From contig DVJG01000199.1 in assembly GCA_018710805.1 (NCBI GenBank), forward strand, positions 1-35,645: 35,645 nt of DNA, written 5' to 3'. This DNA comes from Candidatus Faecousia faecipullorum. GTDB taxonomy: Bacteria; Bacillota; Clostridia; Oscillospirales; Oscillospiraceae. This document shows positions 9,024 through 18,008 of the stretch, one piece after another (the first letter of the stretch is position 1; every line of letters starts with the position of its first letter). Made by a program: the position numbers and the translations under genes. The notes under the pieces were generated by a model. It was given only the letters and a program-made list of their open reading frames with translations, was not told the origin of the DNA and did not search any database.

Positions 9024-10316
9024 CTATGATTTGTTCAGAAAAATGTTGATGTCACTCTGGGCAATGAGCATCCCACTCTGTCCAAGCTGATTGCTTTCTG
9101 CCTCCTGTATCGCGCTCTCCACCATAATCATCGCCTGGCTGTACGCATCGAATCTGGGTGCAACCACGGCGTTGCTCATAATACGGTGAATCATCTCAGG
9201 GGAGAAGCCACTGGCTTCTGGGATGTCATGGTGAATCTGGAGCAGCAGCTCGGGATCCTCCGCAACAGCGGGGAGTGGAGAAATGCCATGAGAATGGGTG
9301 TAAAGCTCCCGCTGCACATTCTCGTCTATGGACAATAGTTTACATAATTCCCAGGCAAGTTCCTCGTGGCGGGTGCGGGAACTGATGCCCAGCATCATGG
9401 TGTGAAGCTCAGAAATATTGGAGCCGGAAGGGCCCGCGGGCATACTGACACAGTCCCACTGAAAAGCAGAGTATTTCTTTACCCGCCAGGGATAGGGCTG
9501 ATAGGCCCGGTATTCCGAGTAAAGGAGGGGCCGGAAGGCTACCCGTCCCAAATCGAAGTCCCGAACGGAAACACTGTAGCCACCGTTCAGTTCCCCCAGC
9601 CGCTTTGTAAATTGAATGGCCTGCTGGACAGTATCCTCAGCCAGATAGCAGCTTCGCCCGTCTTCAGAAAACAATGATGCACCGTTGGAATACATGGCAT
9701 CCAGCCAGGAGTAGCCATATACGCCGTACTGGCACTGATCCACATTGGTGATCTGCTGGCAGATGCTGTAAAAATCGTCCCAGGTCCAATCATTGTCCGG
9801 CATATCAATACCGTTGGCTTCCAGCAGCGTCTTATTTACGAACATGATGGTGGGAACGCTCTCGTGGGGCAGGGCGTACTGGCGGCCTTCGGACTGCCCT
9901 GAGCGCAGACAGGGCTCATAATAGGCAGATGTGTCAAACGCCGGATCGCCGACAATCCGTTCATCCAATTGCGCCAGTGCCCCGGAAGATACCAGAAGAT
10001 CAAAATCCTCCGGGAGCACAAAGTACAAATCCGGTTCTGTCCCCTTCAGAATTTGCCCCGACAGCCACTCGCTGTAATCGTCTGCGGGAATGCCGCTGAC
10101 ATACTCCACTTTCACACCGGGATGTGACTGCTCAAATAAGGTGATGACATCGTCCAGAATTTGATAGCAATTTCCATTGGGTGTATTCCAGTAGCTTCCC
10201 GAATACACGCCGATGGTGAGTACGGTTTCCTGATTGCCAACGCACCCCGTTAGGCAAAGGCACAGCATCAGGATCAGCAGTGCCGCCGCATATCGTTTTA
10301 GAAACCGTTTTTTCAT
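9024..10316 (-). CDS. Extracellular solute-binding lipoprotein (family 1), in the two-component operon
   Basis: Lipobox LTGC; FEQSHPGVKVEY, GRQYALP, FVNKTLL, WTWDDF motifs. Confidence 0.85.
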   Translation of the reverse strand: MKKRFLKRYAAALLILMLCLCLTGCVGNQETVLTIGVYSGSYWNTPNGNCYQILDDVITLFEQSHPGVKVEYVSGIPADDYSEWLSGQILKGTEPDLYFVLPEDFDLLVSSGALAQLDERIVGDPAFDTSAYYEPCLRSGQSEGRQYALPHESVPTIMFVNKTLLEANGIDMPDNDWTWDDFYSICQQITNVDQCQYGVYGYSWLDAMYSNGASLFSEDGRSCYLAEDTVQQAIQFTKRLGELNGGYSVSVRDFDLGRVAFRPLLYSEYRAYQPYPWRVKKYSAFQWDCVSMPAGPSGSNISELHTMMLGISSRTRHEELAWELCKLLSIDENVQRELYTHSHGISPLPAVAEDPELLLQIHHDIPEASGFSPEMIHRIMSNAVVAPRFDAYSQAMIMVESAIQEAESNQLGQSGMLIAQSDINIFLNKS

Positions 10317-10978
10317 AGCGGTCGATTCACCGCCCCGGTTTGTACGGCCCAGATTGCCAGCTGTGTACGATCCCGCAGACCCAGCTTGAACAGGATGTTG
10401 CTGATGGAGTTGCGAACTGTCCCTTCGGATAGGGAAAGCTCCTGGGCAATCTCTTTATTGGACATTCCGCTCCCCACGGTCTGGATGATCTGCCATTCGC
10501 TCCTGCTGATATCCTTGACGGCTTCTTTGTCCACCTGGAGTCGGGAGGAGCCTTTTGCCATGTGGGAAAACTGCTGGATCACCTTTGTGGCTACTGTGGG
10601 CGTGATAATCGCGCCGTCCTCATAGGCGATTCGGATGCTCTCAGACAATTTGGCAATGCTGCTTCCTTTCAGAAGGTAACCGCTTGCTCCATTTTTCAGC
10701 GCCCCGAATATGTATTCGTCATCATCAAAGGTGGTAAGGACAATGATCTTCACATCCGGCCGCCGCTTTTTGAACAGCCTGGTTCCCTCCACGCCGTCCA
10801 TGCCGGGCATACGGATATCCATCAGAACCACATCCGGGCGTTCCTGCTCCGCGCTTTTCAGCGCTTGGGATACACCGGATACTGCGTCGGTCACCCGGAT
10901 ATTTTCGCTGACACTCAGAACTACCTTTAAGCTCTCGCGAAATAACTCTTGATCGTCTACAATCAAAACCTTAATCAC
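10313..10978 (-). CDS. NarL/LuxR-family response regulator
   Basis: IVDDQ, DVVLMDIRMP, GMSNKEIAQELSLSEGTVRN HTH. Confidence 0.95.
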   Translation of the reverse strand: MIKVLIVDDQELFRESLKVVLSVSENIRVTDAVSGVSQALKSAEQERPDVVLMDIRMPGMDGVEGTRLFKKRRPDVKIIVLTTFDDDEYIFGALKNGASGYLLKGSSIAKLSESIRIAYEDGAIITPTVATKVIQQFSHMAKGSSRLQVDKEAVKDISRSEWQIIQTVGSGMSNKEIAQELSLSEGTVRNSISNILFKLGLRDRTQLAIWAVQTGAVNRPL

Positions 10979-10981
10979 AGA

Positions 10982-12307
10982 TTACTCCCCCTTTTTGTTT
11001 CTGATGGGCAAGCCCACAGTAATGAAAAAGCCTGTGTATCCGTCTTGTGCATCCGAATCCAGATTCCCATAGGACAGGGTGCCGCCCAGCATATTCAGTC
11101 GTTCCCGCATGTGGCGCAGTCCAAAGCCTTCCTCCAGCTTTGCGCAGCCGGTGCCGTTGTCCCGGATGCTGACAGTGACCAAATCCCCGGTTCTCGTGAC
11201 CCGGACGGAAATGCGGTCAGCCCTGCCATGACGGACGGCGTTCGTCAGTCCCTCCTGCACAACCCGATACAGCGCGTCCTCTTCGTCCGAATCCAGATTC
11301 AGCTTTCCTGCCTCCTGATAATAGGCAATTTGTGCGGATGTAGTGAGGCGGAAATTCCCGATCATCCCCTCCAGCGCCTCCGCGAGAGAGGAACGCTCCA
11401 ACGCGTCAGGCCTCAGTGCTTTGATGGAGCGGCGCACATCCGTCAGTCCGTCACGGGCGGACTGGGCGACAACCTGTATCCGTTTCCTGGATTCCTCCGG
11501 GGCAACATCCATTAGAGCCAGTCCCGCGTCTGCCCCCATGATGATGCCGGTAAGGGTATGTCCCAGGGTATCGTGAATCTCCCGGGCCAGCCGGTTTCGT
11601 TCCCGCATCTGCGTCATGCGCTCCATGTTTACAGCATAATCCCGAAGCTGGTCGTTGGCCTGATTCAGCTGTTCATTCAGCTTGCGAATGCGGGCGTTTT
11701 CTTCTTTCTGGCTGGTAAACAGCAGAATCATATAGAGAACAAACAGGATAATGTTCAGACAGACCATCAGACTTTCCAAGCCGGTAAAGCAGCTCTGGAT
11801 CATCGGGTTATAGTATCCGAGGTAGGCTCCAAAGGAGATGCTCTTTGTGAACTGTTCCACGATCTCATAGCGGCCAAAGGCAAACATCAGGCTGAGTATG
11901 ACGATAAAACACAGCCGCATCCGATTGCTGCGCATATAGTGAACGAGGTCAGCAAGTACAAGCAGGGCCACACCGCTGTAATAGAAATTCAAAGAGACAA
12001 TAATTCCAGCGCACAGGGCGATTTCTGCAGCGCAGACAAAAACCCGCAAGGGAAAATACTCTATAGGACGGAAAATCTTGAAAAAACTCACCCCGAACAG
12101 CACAGCATACAAGCCCAGGGATTGAACCGGCATCTGCCAGGGATAGCGGGGTATTTGCCGCACAGAAGTCAGAAAATCATGTGCACGCAAACTGTCACAT
12201 ATCCGAAAAGTGGTGGTCACACAGATCAACGAATAAAAGGAGAGAATCGATAAGTTCAGTGCGAACATCGCCACAGCAAGGTTTGTCAGATTTCGTTCTG
12301 TTTTCAT
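10982..12307 (-). CDS. Membrane sensor histidine kinase (HisKA_3)
   Basis: ERNRLAREIHDTLGH, QEGLTNAVRH, DNGTG, GFGL; ATG overlaps the upstream TAA. Confidence 0.93.
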   Translation of the reverse strand: MKTERNLTNLAVAMFALNLSILSFYSLICVTTTFRICDSLRAHDFLTSVRQIPRYPWQMPVQSLGLYAVLFGVSFFKIFRPIEYFPLRVFVCAAEIALCAGIIVSLNFYYSGVALLVLADLVHYMRSNRMRLCFIVILSLMFAFGRYEIVEQFTKSISFGAYLGYYNPMIQSCFTGLESLMVCLNIILFVLYMILLFTSQKEENARIRKLNEQLNQANDQLRDYAVNMERMTQMRERNRLAREIHDTLGHTLTGIIMGADAGLALMDVAPEESRKRIQVVAQSARDGLTDVRRSIKALRPDALERSSLAEALEGMIGNFRLTTSAQIAYYQEAGKLNLDSDEEDALYRVVQEGLTNAVRHGRADRISVRVTRTGDLVTVSIRDNGTGCAKLEEGFGLRHMRERLNMLGGTLSYGNLDSDAQDGYTGFFITVGLPIRNKKGE

Positions 12308-13284
12308 TACTGCCACCCATCTATCCCATATTGATCCACATTTTCTTCTGTCAACAGCTCTACCGGGACGATGATCTCACTGCGTTCGCAGCCGCCAGCT
12401 ATGGCGGCATACGCCTGATTCACCGCTTCCTCGGCAATCCGGGAGGGGAACTGGGCGCAGGTTGCCGTGAGGAAGCCACTGCTGACCATGGCCTTTCCTT
12501 CCGGGGAGCCATCCACACTGTACACCAAAAACCGATCCGACAGGCCTGCTCCCTGAATCGCCGCCAGTCCGCCGAAGACGCTGGGGTCATTCAGTGCCAT
12601 CAGGACATCGGCATCCGGATACTGCCGCAGAAGCTGCTCCATCACCGGCATGGCGTTTTCGATTTGCCCATCCGATTCGCCGGAACCCAGAATGACAAAG
12701 CCCTCATGCCCTGCAATGGTGTCCTTGAAGCCCTGAATGCGATCCGCGCCGGAGCGGGCTGAGATGTGTTCCAGCAGGAGAATGTTGGCACGATCCCGGA
12801 CAGACAGCAGGTGCTGGGCGCACAGCACCCCCGCCTGATAGTTATCCGATAACACCGAGCAGGCTGCCAGCTCTGAGTCCTGTATCGGGGCATCCACCAC
12901 GATAACCGGCACGCCTGCGGCAGCGGCAATCTGGACGCCAGCTTTTGAGGTGTCCCACTCTACCGGCGTCATGAAAATGGCACAGACACCCGCATCCACC
13001 AATTCCTGAATCTCCTGGTTTTGCCGCTCCTGATCCATAGCGGCATCCCGGGTGAGCAGTACATCCCCACGAATCTCGAGAAACGCCCGGATCTGTGTGT
13101 CCAGCGTCTGGAAGTATGGATTGTTCATCGTCATATAGGTTGCGCCAAACACCCGCTGATTCCCAGTCTGGCTGGCAGATAAATCACTGGGGCTCCAGAA
13201 CAACAGGTAAATTGTGATCAGCAGCGGGACGGCAGCCATGACAATGGTTGCTATGGAGGCGAATCTTCTGCGAATGTGATTCAT
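12307..13284 (-). CDS. RbsB-like sugar-binding protein, membrane-anchored, probably a sensor accessory
   Basis: N-terminal TM helix; NPYF, SDNYQAG, DRIQGF, ALND, VDGS motifs; translationally coupled to the kinase. Confidence 0.85.
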   Translation of the reverse strand: MNHIRRRFASIATIVMAAVPLLITIYLLFWSPSDLSASQTGNQRVFGATYMTMNNPYFQTLDTQIRAFLEIRGDVLLTRDAAMDQERQNQEIQELVDAGVCAIFMTPVEWDTSKAGVQIAAAAGVPVIVVDAPIQDSELAACSVLSDNYQAGVLCAQHLLSVRDRANILLLEHISARSGADRIQGFKDTIAGHEGFVILGSGESDGQIENAMPVMEQLLRQYPDADVLMALNDPSVFGGLAAIQGAGLSDRFLVYSVDGSPEGKAMVSSGFLTATCAQFPSRIAEEAVNQAYAAIAGGCERSEIIVPVELLTEENVDQYGIDGWQ

Positions 13285-13358
13285 GCCAGTTTCCCCCTTC
13301 TTTTATGCTTGCATTGTTTTTCTGTTCTTTTGTCAAAGGCATCCAGACCGTCCCGAAG

Positions 13359-14471
13359 TTATACGGTGAAAAACCTGGAAAAGACAACATCCGCCGCCGC
13401 GAGAAGGCCTACGCCTGGATCCTGGCTGGATGGGTAGATTTTGAGATTCCCTCTGCTCCGATCCAGTGCCTTGGCACGGATTTCCCTCTGCAATCGCTGC
13501 GCCAGCAGCTCATAACGGTAGCAGATATCTCCCGCCAGATAGATGGTATCCACGGGAATCAGGTTCAGCAGATTGATAAGACCAGCCGAAAGGTATACCG
13601 CCTCCTGATCCAGCAGCAGCCTTGCGTCGGGATTGTTTCCCACATGATCCATGAGGTCATCCCAATTGGAGAATTCCGAGCCTTCCAGCAGCGCCGGGAT
13701 GGAGGCGTAGGTTTCCAGGCAGCCCCGGTTCCCGCACGCGCAGAGCCGTCCGTCAAACCGGATGGTGGTGTGGCCCAGCTCCCCTGTGAAGTATTTGGAA
13801 TTTTTCTTTCCGTCGGAAATGATGGCCGCGCCAATGCCGATATCCACCAGCACCAGCATAAAATTTTGGCTCTGACCCGTTTCCAGATGGTGCAGCGCCA
13901 GAGCGCAGACATCGTGCTCCAGATAGGCCGGCATATTCAGTGCTTCGGACAGAAGCCTGCGAATCTCCACCCCGTGCCAGTGCTCAAACCGGGGCGGATT
14001 CAGAATCCGGCCGTTTTCGCAGTCCAGCGGGCCGGGGGAGCTGATGCCGATCCCCAGGACCCTGTCCCGCTCTACGGTTTCCAGTATGGCATTCAGTTCC
14101 GCGGTGATGGCCCCCACCAGATTGTCCTGATCCGAAATCTTTCGCTGCTGAAGCAGATTCCCGGCCATGTCACACAGGCCCACACTGCAGCCCTTTCTGG
14201 ACAGCTCCACCGCCAGCGCACAGTAGCAGTCGGGGCGCAGAGCAAGGGGTGTGGCACTGCGGCCCCGGCCCACGGACTGCGGGGCAAGCTCTGTCACGAT
14301 TCCAAGATTCAGAAGTTCTTCCACGATCAGGGAGGTGGCTGCCCGGGTCAATCCCGTAGCCCGGGCCAGCTCTGCCCGGCTCATGGCGTTGTGCCGCAGG
14401 TTGCGCAGGACTGCTTTGCGGTTATATTCTTTTGTGTAGTCTGCGTTGCGTGGTTTCTGCGCCATATCCAA
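13359..14471 (-). CDS. ROK-family transcriptional repressor
   Basis: N-terminal MSRAELARATGLTRAATSLIV HTH; GELGHT...CACGNRGCLE. Confidence 0.92.
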   Translation of the reverse strand: MDMAQKPRNADYTKEYNRKAVLRNLRHNAMSRAELARATGLTRAATSLIVEELLNLGIVTELAPQSVGRGRSATPLALRPDCYCALAVELSRKGCSVGLCDMAGNLLQQRKISDQDNLVGAITAELNAILETVERDRVLGIGISSPGPLDCENGRILNPPRFEHWHGVEIRRLLSEALNMPAYLEHDVCALALHHLETGQSQNFMLVLVDIGIGAAIISDGKKNSKYFTGELGHTTIRFDGRLCACGNRGCLETYASIPALLEGSEFSNWDDLMDHVGNNPDARLLLDQEAVYLSAGLINLLNLIPVDTIYLAGDICYRYELLAQRLQREIRAKALDRSRGNLKIYPSSQDPGVGLLAAADVVFSRFFTV

Positions 14472-14505
14472 AGCTCACCTTCATTTGCTCTGTGCTTTTG
14501 TACTC

Positions 14506-14534
14506 ATTATACGGTTTATCGATTCTTTTGTCAA
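14506..14534 (-). promoter_or_regulatory. Consensus sigma-A promoter of the ROK gene
   Basis: TTGACA(14534-14529)-17bp-TATAAT(14511-14506). Confidence 0.85.
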
Positions 14535-14573
14535 TTCGCCTGATGCCCCGCATCCAAACGCCAAAAAGCGTGA

Positions 14574-14609
14574 AAATACCCGGAAATTCTGAGGAATCTC
14601 CGGGTTTTT
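14574..14609 (-). terminator. Terminator after the PfkB kinase
   Basis: ACCCGGAAATTC / GAATCTCCGGGT hairpin flanked by A/T tracts. Confidence 0.65.
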
Positions 14610-14610
14610 C

Positions 14611-15558
14611 TTACATAGCCTTCAAAACCGCATCCTTTTCCGGAATGCTGGGGATGCCGCCGGAGACTTCCGTGGACAGGCTAGCAGCGGCAGCGGCAAA
14701 GCTGCCGATGTAGGCAAGATCTTCTTCTGTCAGGGCATCGATTGATTTTTCCAGCTCCAGCAGCCGGGACAGCGCGCTGCCGCCGAAAATATCTCCCGCG
14801 CCGGTGGTGTCGATGGGGTGCACCTTGGGACAGGAGGCAAGGAAAGAAGCATTCTTTGTTTTCAGCAGGCAGCCATCGGGGCCGAGGGTCACCATGGCAA
14901 GGGATACGCCGAACTCCTTCAGCAGCTTGTCCGCGCCCTCCTCCGGGGTGCAGTTCCACAGGAATTCCACCTCGTTGTCGCTGATCTTCACCACATCCGC
15001 CTGCCGGAGGCTCCAGAGCATCTGCTCCCGGGCCGCGTCCTCGCTGGGCCACAGGGGCTTACGCAGGTTCGGGTCACAGGTGATGAGCTTTCCCCTTTCT
15101 TTGGCGTAGGCAACGGCCTTTTGGGTCGCGGTGCGAACCGGCTCGTCTGTCAGGCTCAGGGTGCCAAAATGGAACACCCTGGCATCGTCAATGAGGGATT
15201 TGTCAATTTCCTCCCAGGTCAGCTGGGTATCCGCCCCGGGTTTCCGGGCGAAGGAAAATGAGCGGTCGCCGTTTTCATCAAAGGTCACGAAGGCCAGAGT
15301 AGTAAACACCGAATTGTCCTCCACGATTCCCTTTGTCTCAATTCCTGCCCCATTCAGCGTGCCCAGCAGCAGATGGCCGAAGGTGTCGCTACCCACCTTT
15401 CCCAGAAAAGCGGTCTTTTTGCCATAGGCATTCAAAGCCGCCAGAAAATTGCCGGGAGCACCGCCGGGGTTGGCAGCCATGGTGGGATAGCCGCTGGCAT
15501 CCGTGGATTTGGCGGCAAAATCAATGAGCAGTTCGCCCAATGCTACTACGTCAATCAT
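14611..15558 (-). CDS. PfkB-family carbohydrate kinase (fructokinase-like)
   Basis: GELLIDF, GGAPGN, DPNLRKPLW, DTTGAGDIF. Confidence 0.93.
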   Translation of the reverse strand: MIDVVALGELLIDFAAKSTDASGYPTMAANPGGAPGNFLAALNAYGKKTAFLGKVGSDTFGHLLLGTLNGAGIETKGIVEDNSVFTTLAFVTFDENGDRSFSFARKPGADTQLTWEEIDKSLIDDARVFHFGTLSLTDEPVRTATQKAVAYAKERGKLITCDPNLRKPLWPSEDAAREQMLWSLRQADVVKISDNEVEFLWNCTPEEGADKLLKEFGVSLAMVTLGPDGCLLKTKNASFLASCPKVHPIDTTGAGDIFGGSALSRLLELEKSIDALTEEDLAYIGSFAAAAASLSTEVSGGIPSIPEKDAVLKAM

Positions 15559-15573
15559 CGCTTTCCCTCTTTC

Positions 15574-16263
15574 TCAGTCCTTCGCCGCGGGATACTCGGT
15601 GCACAGCAGACGGTATGGTGCTTCGTCCTCCTCGATGGCGGGGAAACGGCCCATGGGAGGATTGAAGCGGTTATCGTTACTGTCGTCATTGCACTGGCTG
15701 ACCTCGCCCAGCAGCACGTTGCCGGTGCCCGGCTCCACCTGGAAGTCGTGGTAGAGGTACTGCTGGATAAAAATGCTTTCACCGGGGGTCAGGCGGATTT
15801 GGGTGCCGGCGGGAACGGTGTAGGTGCGGCCGTCGGTATGGACGGTCACATCGCTTTCGTAATCGATGGACTCGTCGGGATGGGAGTTATACACCCGAAT
15901 CAGCAAATTACCGCCGCCCCGGTTGATGATATCCTCGGTTTTGTACCAGTGGAAATGGTTGGGAGAATACTGGCCCTCCTTCAGGTAGAGCAGCTTCTCG
16001 GCGTAGACCTTGGGATATTTGCTCTGCATGGTCTGGCTGCCGTTGCGGATGGTGATGAGGGAAAAGCCCATTTTGTCAAAGTCTCCCTGGCCGTAGTCGG
16101 TGATGTCCCAGCCCAAACAGCAGTCCCGGACTTCATCGTATTCGTGCCCCTTGTCCTCCCATTCCTTCGGGGTAAAGTGGCAGAAGGGCGGCAGATAGCA
16201 GTGGTATGCTTCGCACATGGCTTCCAGCTCATGAAGAGCTTTGTTGACTTCGGAACGCTTCAT
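15574..16263 (-). CDS. D-lyxose/D-mannose family sugar isomerase (cupin)
   Basis: MKRSEVN, LGWDITDYG, YAEK, PNHFHWYKTEDIINRGGG, GEVSQCNDD..DNRF. Confidence 0.9.
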   Translation of the reverse strand: MKRSEVNKALHELEAMCEAYHCYLPPFCHFTPKEWEDKGHEYDEVRDCCLGWDITDYGQGDFDKMGFSLITIRNGSQTMQSKYPKVYAEKLLYLKEGQYSPNHFHWYKTEDIINRGGGNLLIRVYNSHPDESIDYESDVTVHTDGRTYTVPAGTQIRLTPGESIFIQQYLYHDFQVEPGTGNVLLGEVSQCNDDSNDNRFNPPMGRFPAIEEDEAPYRLLCTEYPAAKD

Positions 16264-16348
16264 TCGTATCTCTCCTTTACATGAGATGGGCAATATCCGC
16301 GCACAGAACGGATATTTTCACAGATTCTTTGCGTTGATTGTCGGTAGT

Positions 16349-16390
16349 ACTGTACCATTCTCCTATCATTTTGTCAATTTGATTAACAAT
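16349..16390 (-). promoter_or_regulatory. Isomerase/kinase promoter with an overlapping palindrome (putative ROK operator)
   Basis: TTGACA(16377-16372)-17bp-TACAGT with TG extension; TTGTCAA-N5-TTAACAA imperfect palindrome covers the -35. Confidence 0.6.
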
Positions 16391-16527
16391 ATTCTTGCTG
16401 TGATATTCTCGTTTTTTAGCAGTCTATACAATTTGGGGAAATACTTTTCGTGCAATATAACCGCAGCAAAACGCACACGATTGAGATGGTTCCGTAGAAA
16501 AATGCCTTCTCTCCAATAATAGCAAAA

Positions 16528-16557
16528 GCCTCAACTCCATTTTCCGGGGTTGAGGCA
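16528..16557 (-). terminator. Terminator after the TnpV operon
   Basis: GCCTCAACTCC / GGGGTTGAGGC stem (G-U pairing) followed by TTTT on the minus strand. Confidence 0.65.
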
Positions 16558-16570
16558 TTGCGTATATTGA

Positions 16571-16879
16571 TTATTCTACATTCTGTATTTCCTGTGCCAA
16601 TCGTACCCCTACCTGAATACCATGCATAAATCCATTCCGTTCATGATCCCGGCAGAGGGCGCAGACTGGATTGACAATCCAGTCCATTTCCCGTAGTGGC
16701 GTTCCGTTCAATTCCTGATACAGTTCTGCAAAATCTGCCTTTATTTGGTCATCGTACATCGGGTTGATATCACCGTATGCCTCATAGAGCAGCGACAGGG
16801 TGGATTTTCCATCTCCCAGATTTAGCTTACAGGATGCGACATAGCTTTCCAGTACACGGAGATATTCTTCCATCTTCAT
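16571..16879 (-). CDS. Hypothetical protein of mobile elements (DUF6809-like C-terminus)
   Basis: ATGA overlap with the TnpV stop; ends HERNGFMHGIQVGVRLAQEI. Confidence 0.6.
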   Translation of the reverse strand: MKMEEYLRVLESYVASCKLNLGDGKSTLSLLYEAYGDINPMYDDQIKADFAELYQELNGTPLREMDWIVNPVCALCRDHERNGFMHGIQVGVRLAQEIQNVE

Positions 16880-17241
16880 ACAAATATCAGCTCCTCTCGG
16901 ATGATCTCCTCGGCTCTGGCGCAGATATTGTTCATGCGCTGCACCCATGCCATTGGGTCGTTGGCTTTCAGCGCTTCTGTGATCCCTTCGGTTGCTTTCA
17001 TCTGGTCGATCATCCGCTCCAGTCTATCCTGTGCCCGCTCATTCAGATCTGCCAGGTGTGTCCACAGCTTGCCGGACAGGAGCAGGCAGTTGTACTGAAT
17101 CGACTTGTGCTCCCTCAGATACTCCCGGTGCATCCGCCCCCACTTGCCGATGGGGCGTGTTTCTTCCGGCAGCACCAGATTCGGGATAAAGTAATCACCT
17201 GAGTGGATATATTCGAAGCAATATTCAACACCATCTTTCAT
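16876..17241 (-). CDS. tnpV: TnpV family protein (Tn4451-like)
   Basis: GDYFIPNL...IGKWGRMHREYL...LLLSGKL...EGITEALKANDPMAWVQRMNNI...AEEII. Confidence 0.9.
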   Translation of the reverse strand: MKDGVEYCFEYIHSGDYFIPNLVLPEETRPIGKWGRMHREYLREHKSIQYNCLLLSGKLWTHLADLNERAQDRLERMIDQMKATEGITEALKANDPMAWVQRMNNICARAEEIIREELIFV

Positions 17242-17483
17242 TCCCGCACACACCTTTCCATACTGCGCTGTTCTCGCAGATATGCTTCAAAAATGCTTCT
17301 GCGAATCAGTACCTTTTTGCCGATCTTATAAACCGCTCCGGCTTCGTGCGCCATACGCGTGACAGGCTTGAGTCCCAGGCGGTAATAATCACACGCCATG
17401 TTGTATGTTACATATTCGTGGGTCATAAACTCCACATCTTCATCATCAATCTGGTCTGAAAACATCCATACATTTCCACTCAT
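17238..17483 (-). CDS. DUF6462-family small DNA-binding protein (excisionase-like)
   Basis: YVTY...AHEAGAVYKIGKKVLIRRSIFEAYL; ATGA-coupled to neighbours. Confidence 0.7.
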   Translation of the reverse strand: MSGNVWMFSDQIDDEDVEFMTHEYVTYNMACDYYRLGLKPVTRMAHEAGAVYKIGKKVLIRRSIFEAYLREQRSMERCVRE

Positions 17484-17746
17484 TCTTCATCGCCTCCATT
17501 TCTGTACTTGCTGGTAGCAGGCTCATGGAACCGCTCCAAGTAGGCGTCAAAAATATCTCTGTTGATCAAAACTGTACTGTCAAAGCGGTAAATCGCGCCA
17601 GCATCGCTGGCAAGCTCCAGCAGTTTTTTGTGAGACAGACTGTAAATCAGCTCTGCCTGTTGATAGCGGACATACTCTCTGCGCAGCTTCCGCAGCTGTA
17701 CCGGAACTTCCTTCATGCTTTTGATGGGTTCATAGTTGTCTTTCAT
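17480..17746 (-). CDS. DUF6462-family small DNA-binding protein (excisionase-like)
   Basis: YVRYQQAELIYSL...LASDAGAIYRFDSTVLINRDIFDAYLE; AGGAGG RBS. Confidence 0.7.
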   Translation of the reverse strand: MKDNYEPIKSMKEVPVQLRKLRREYVRYQQAELIYSLSHKKLLELASDAGAIYRFDSTVLINRDIFDAYLERFHEPATSKYRNGGDEE

Positions 17747-17800
17747 TGTGGTATCCTCCTAAAATTGATTTGGGTGTGGACAGAAGTTGACCGCAGAACG

Positions 17801-17839
17801 AAAAAAGAGCACTTCTCAGAGTTACTCTAAGAAGTGCTC
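17801..17839 (-). terminator. Intrinsic terminator/attenuator upstream of the DUF6462 operon
   Basis: GAGCACTTCT.AGAG / CTCT.AGAAGTGCTC stem followed by TTTTTT on the minus strand. Confidence 0.75.
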
Positions 17840-17916
17840 ATAGGTCGTGTTCAAACCTGACACCGTATTGCCTGAAATTCACAACGCTTCGTGTTGATGC
17901 GTTATTCTTTGGGAAT

Positions 17917-17938
17917 TTGCTGTCAAATTGCTGTCAAA
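17917..17938. repeat. Tandem 11-bp repeat; putative tyrosine-integrase arm-binding sites
   Basis: (TTGCTGTCAAA)x2, ~75 bp inside the lysS stop codon. Confidence 0.7.
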
Positions 17939-17960
17939 TGGAGGATGACACCGCAGGAAA

Positions 17961-18008
17961 CCACATTATATAGTGAATTATTTTTCAAATCAGCACTATA
18001 TCTTGTGT
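17961..18008. promoter_or_regulatory. Tandem NrdR-box-like sites
   Basis: CCACATTATATAGTGA (17961-17976) and GCACTATATCTTGTGT (17993-18008), starts 32 bp apart; NrdR consensus acaCwAtATaTwGtgt. Confidence 0.55.
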
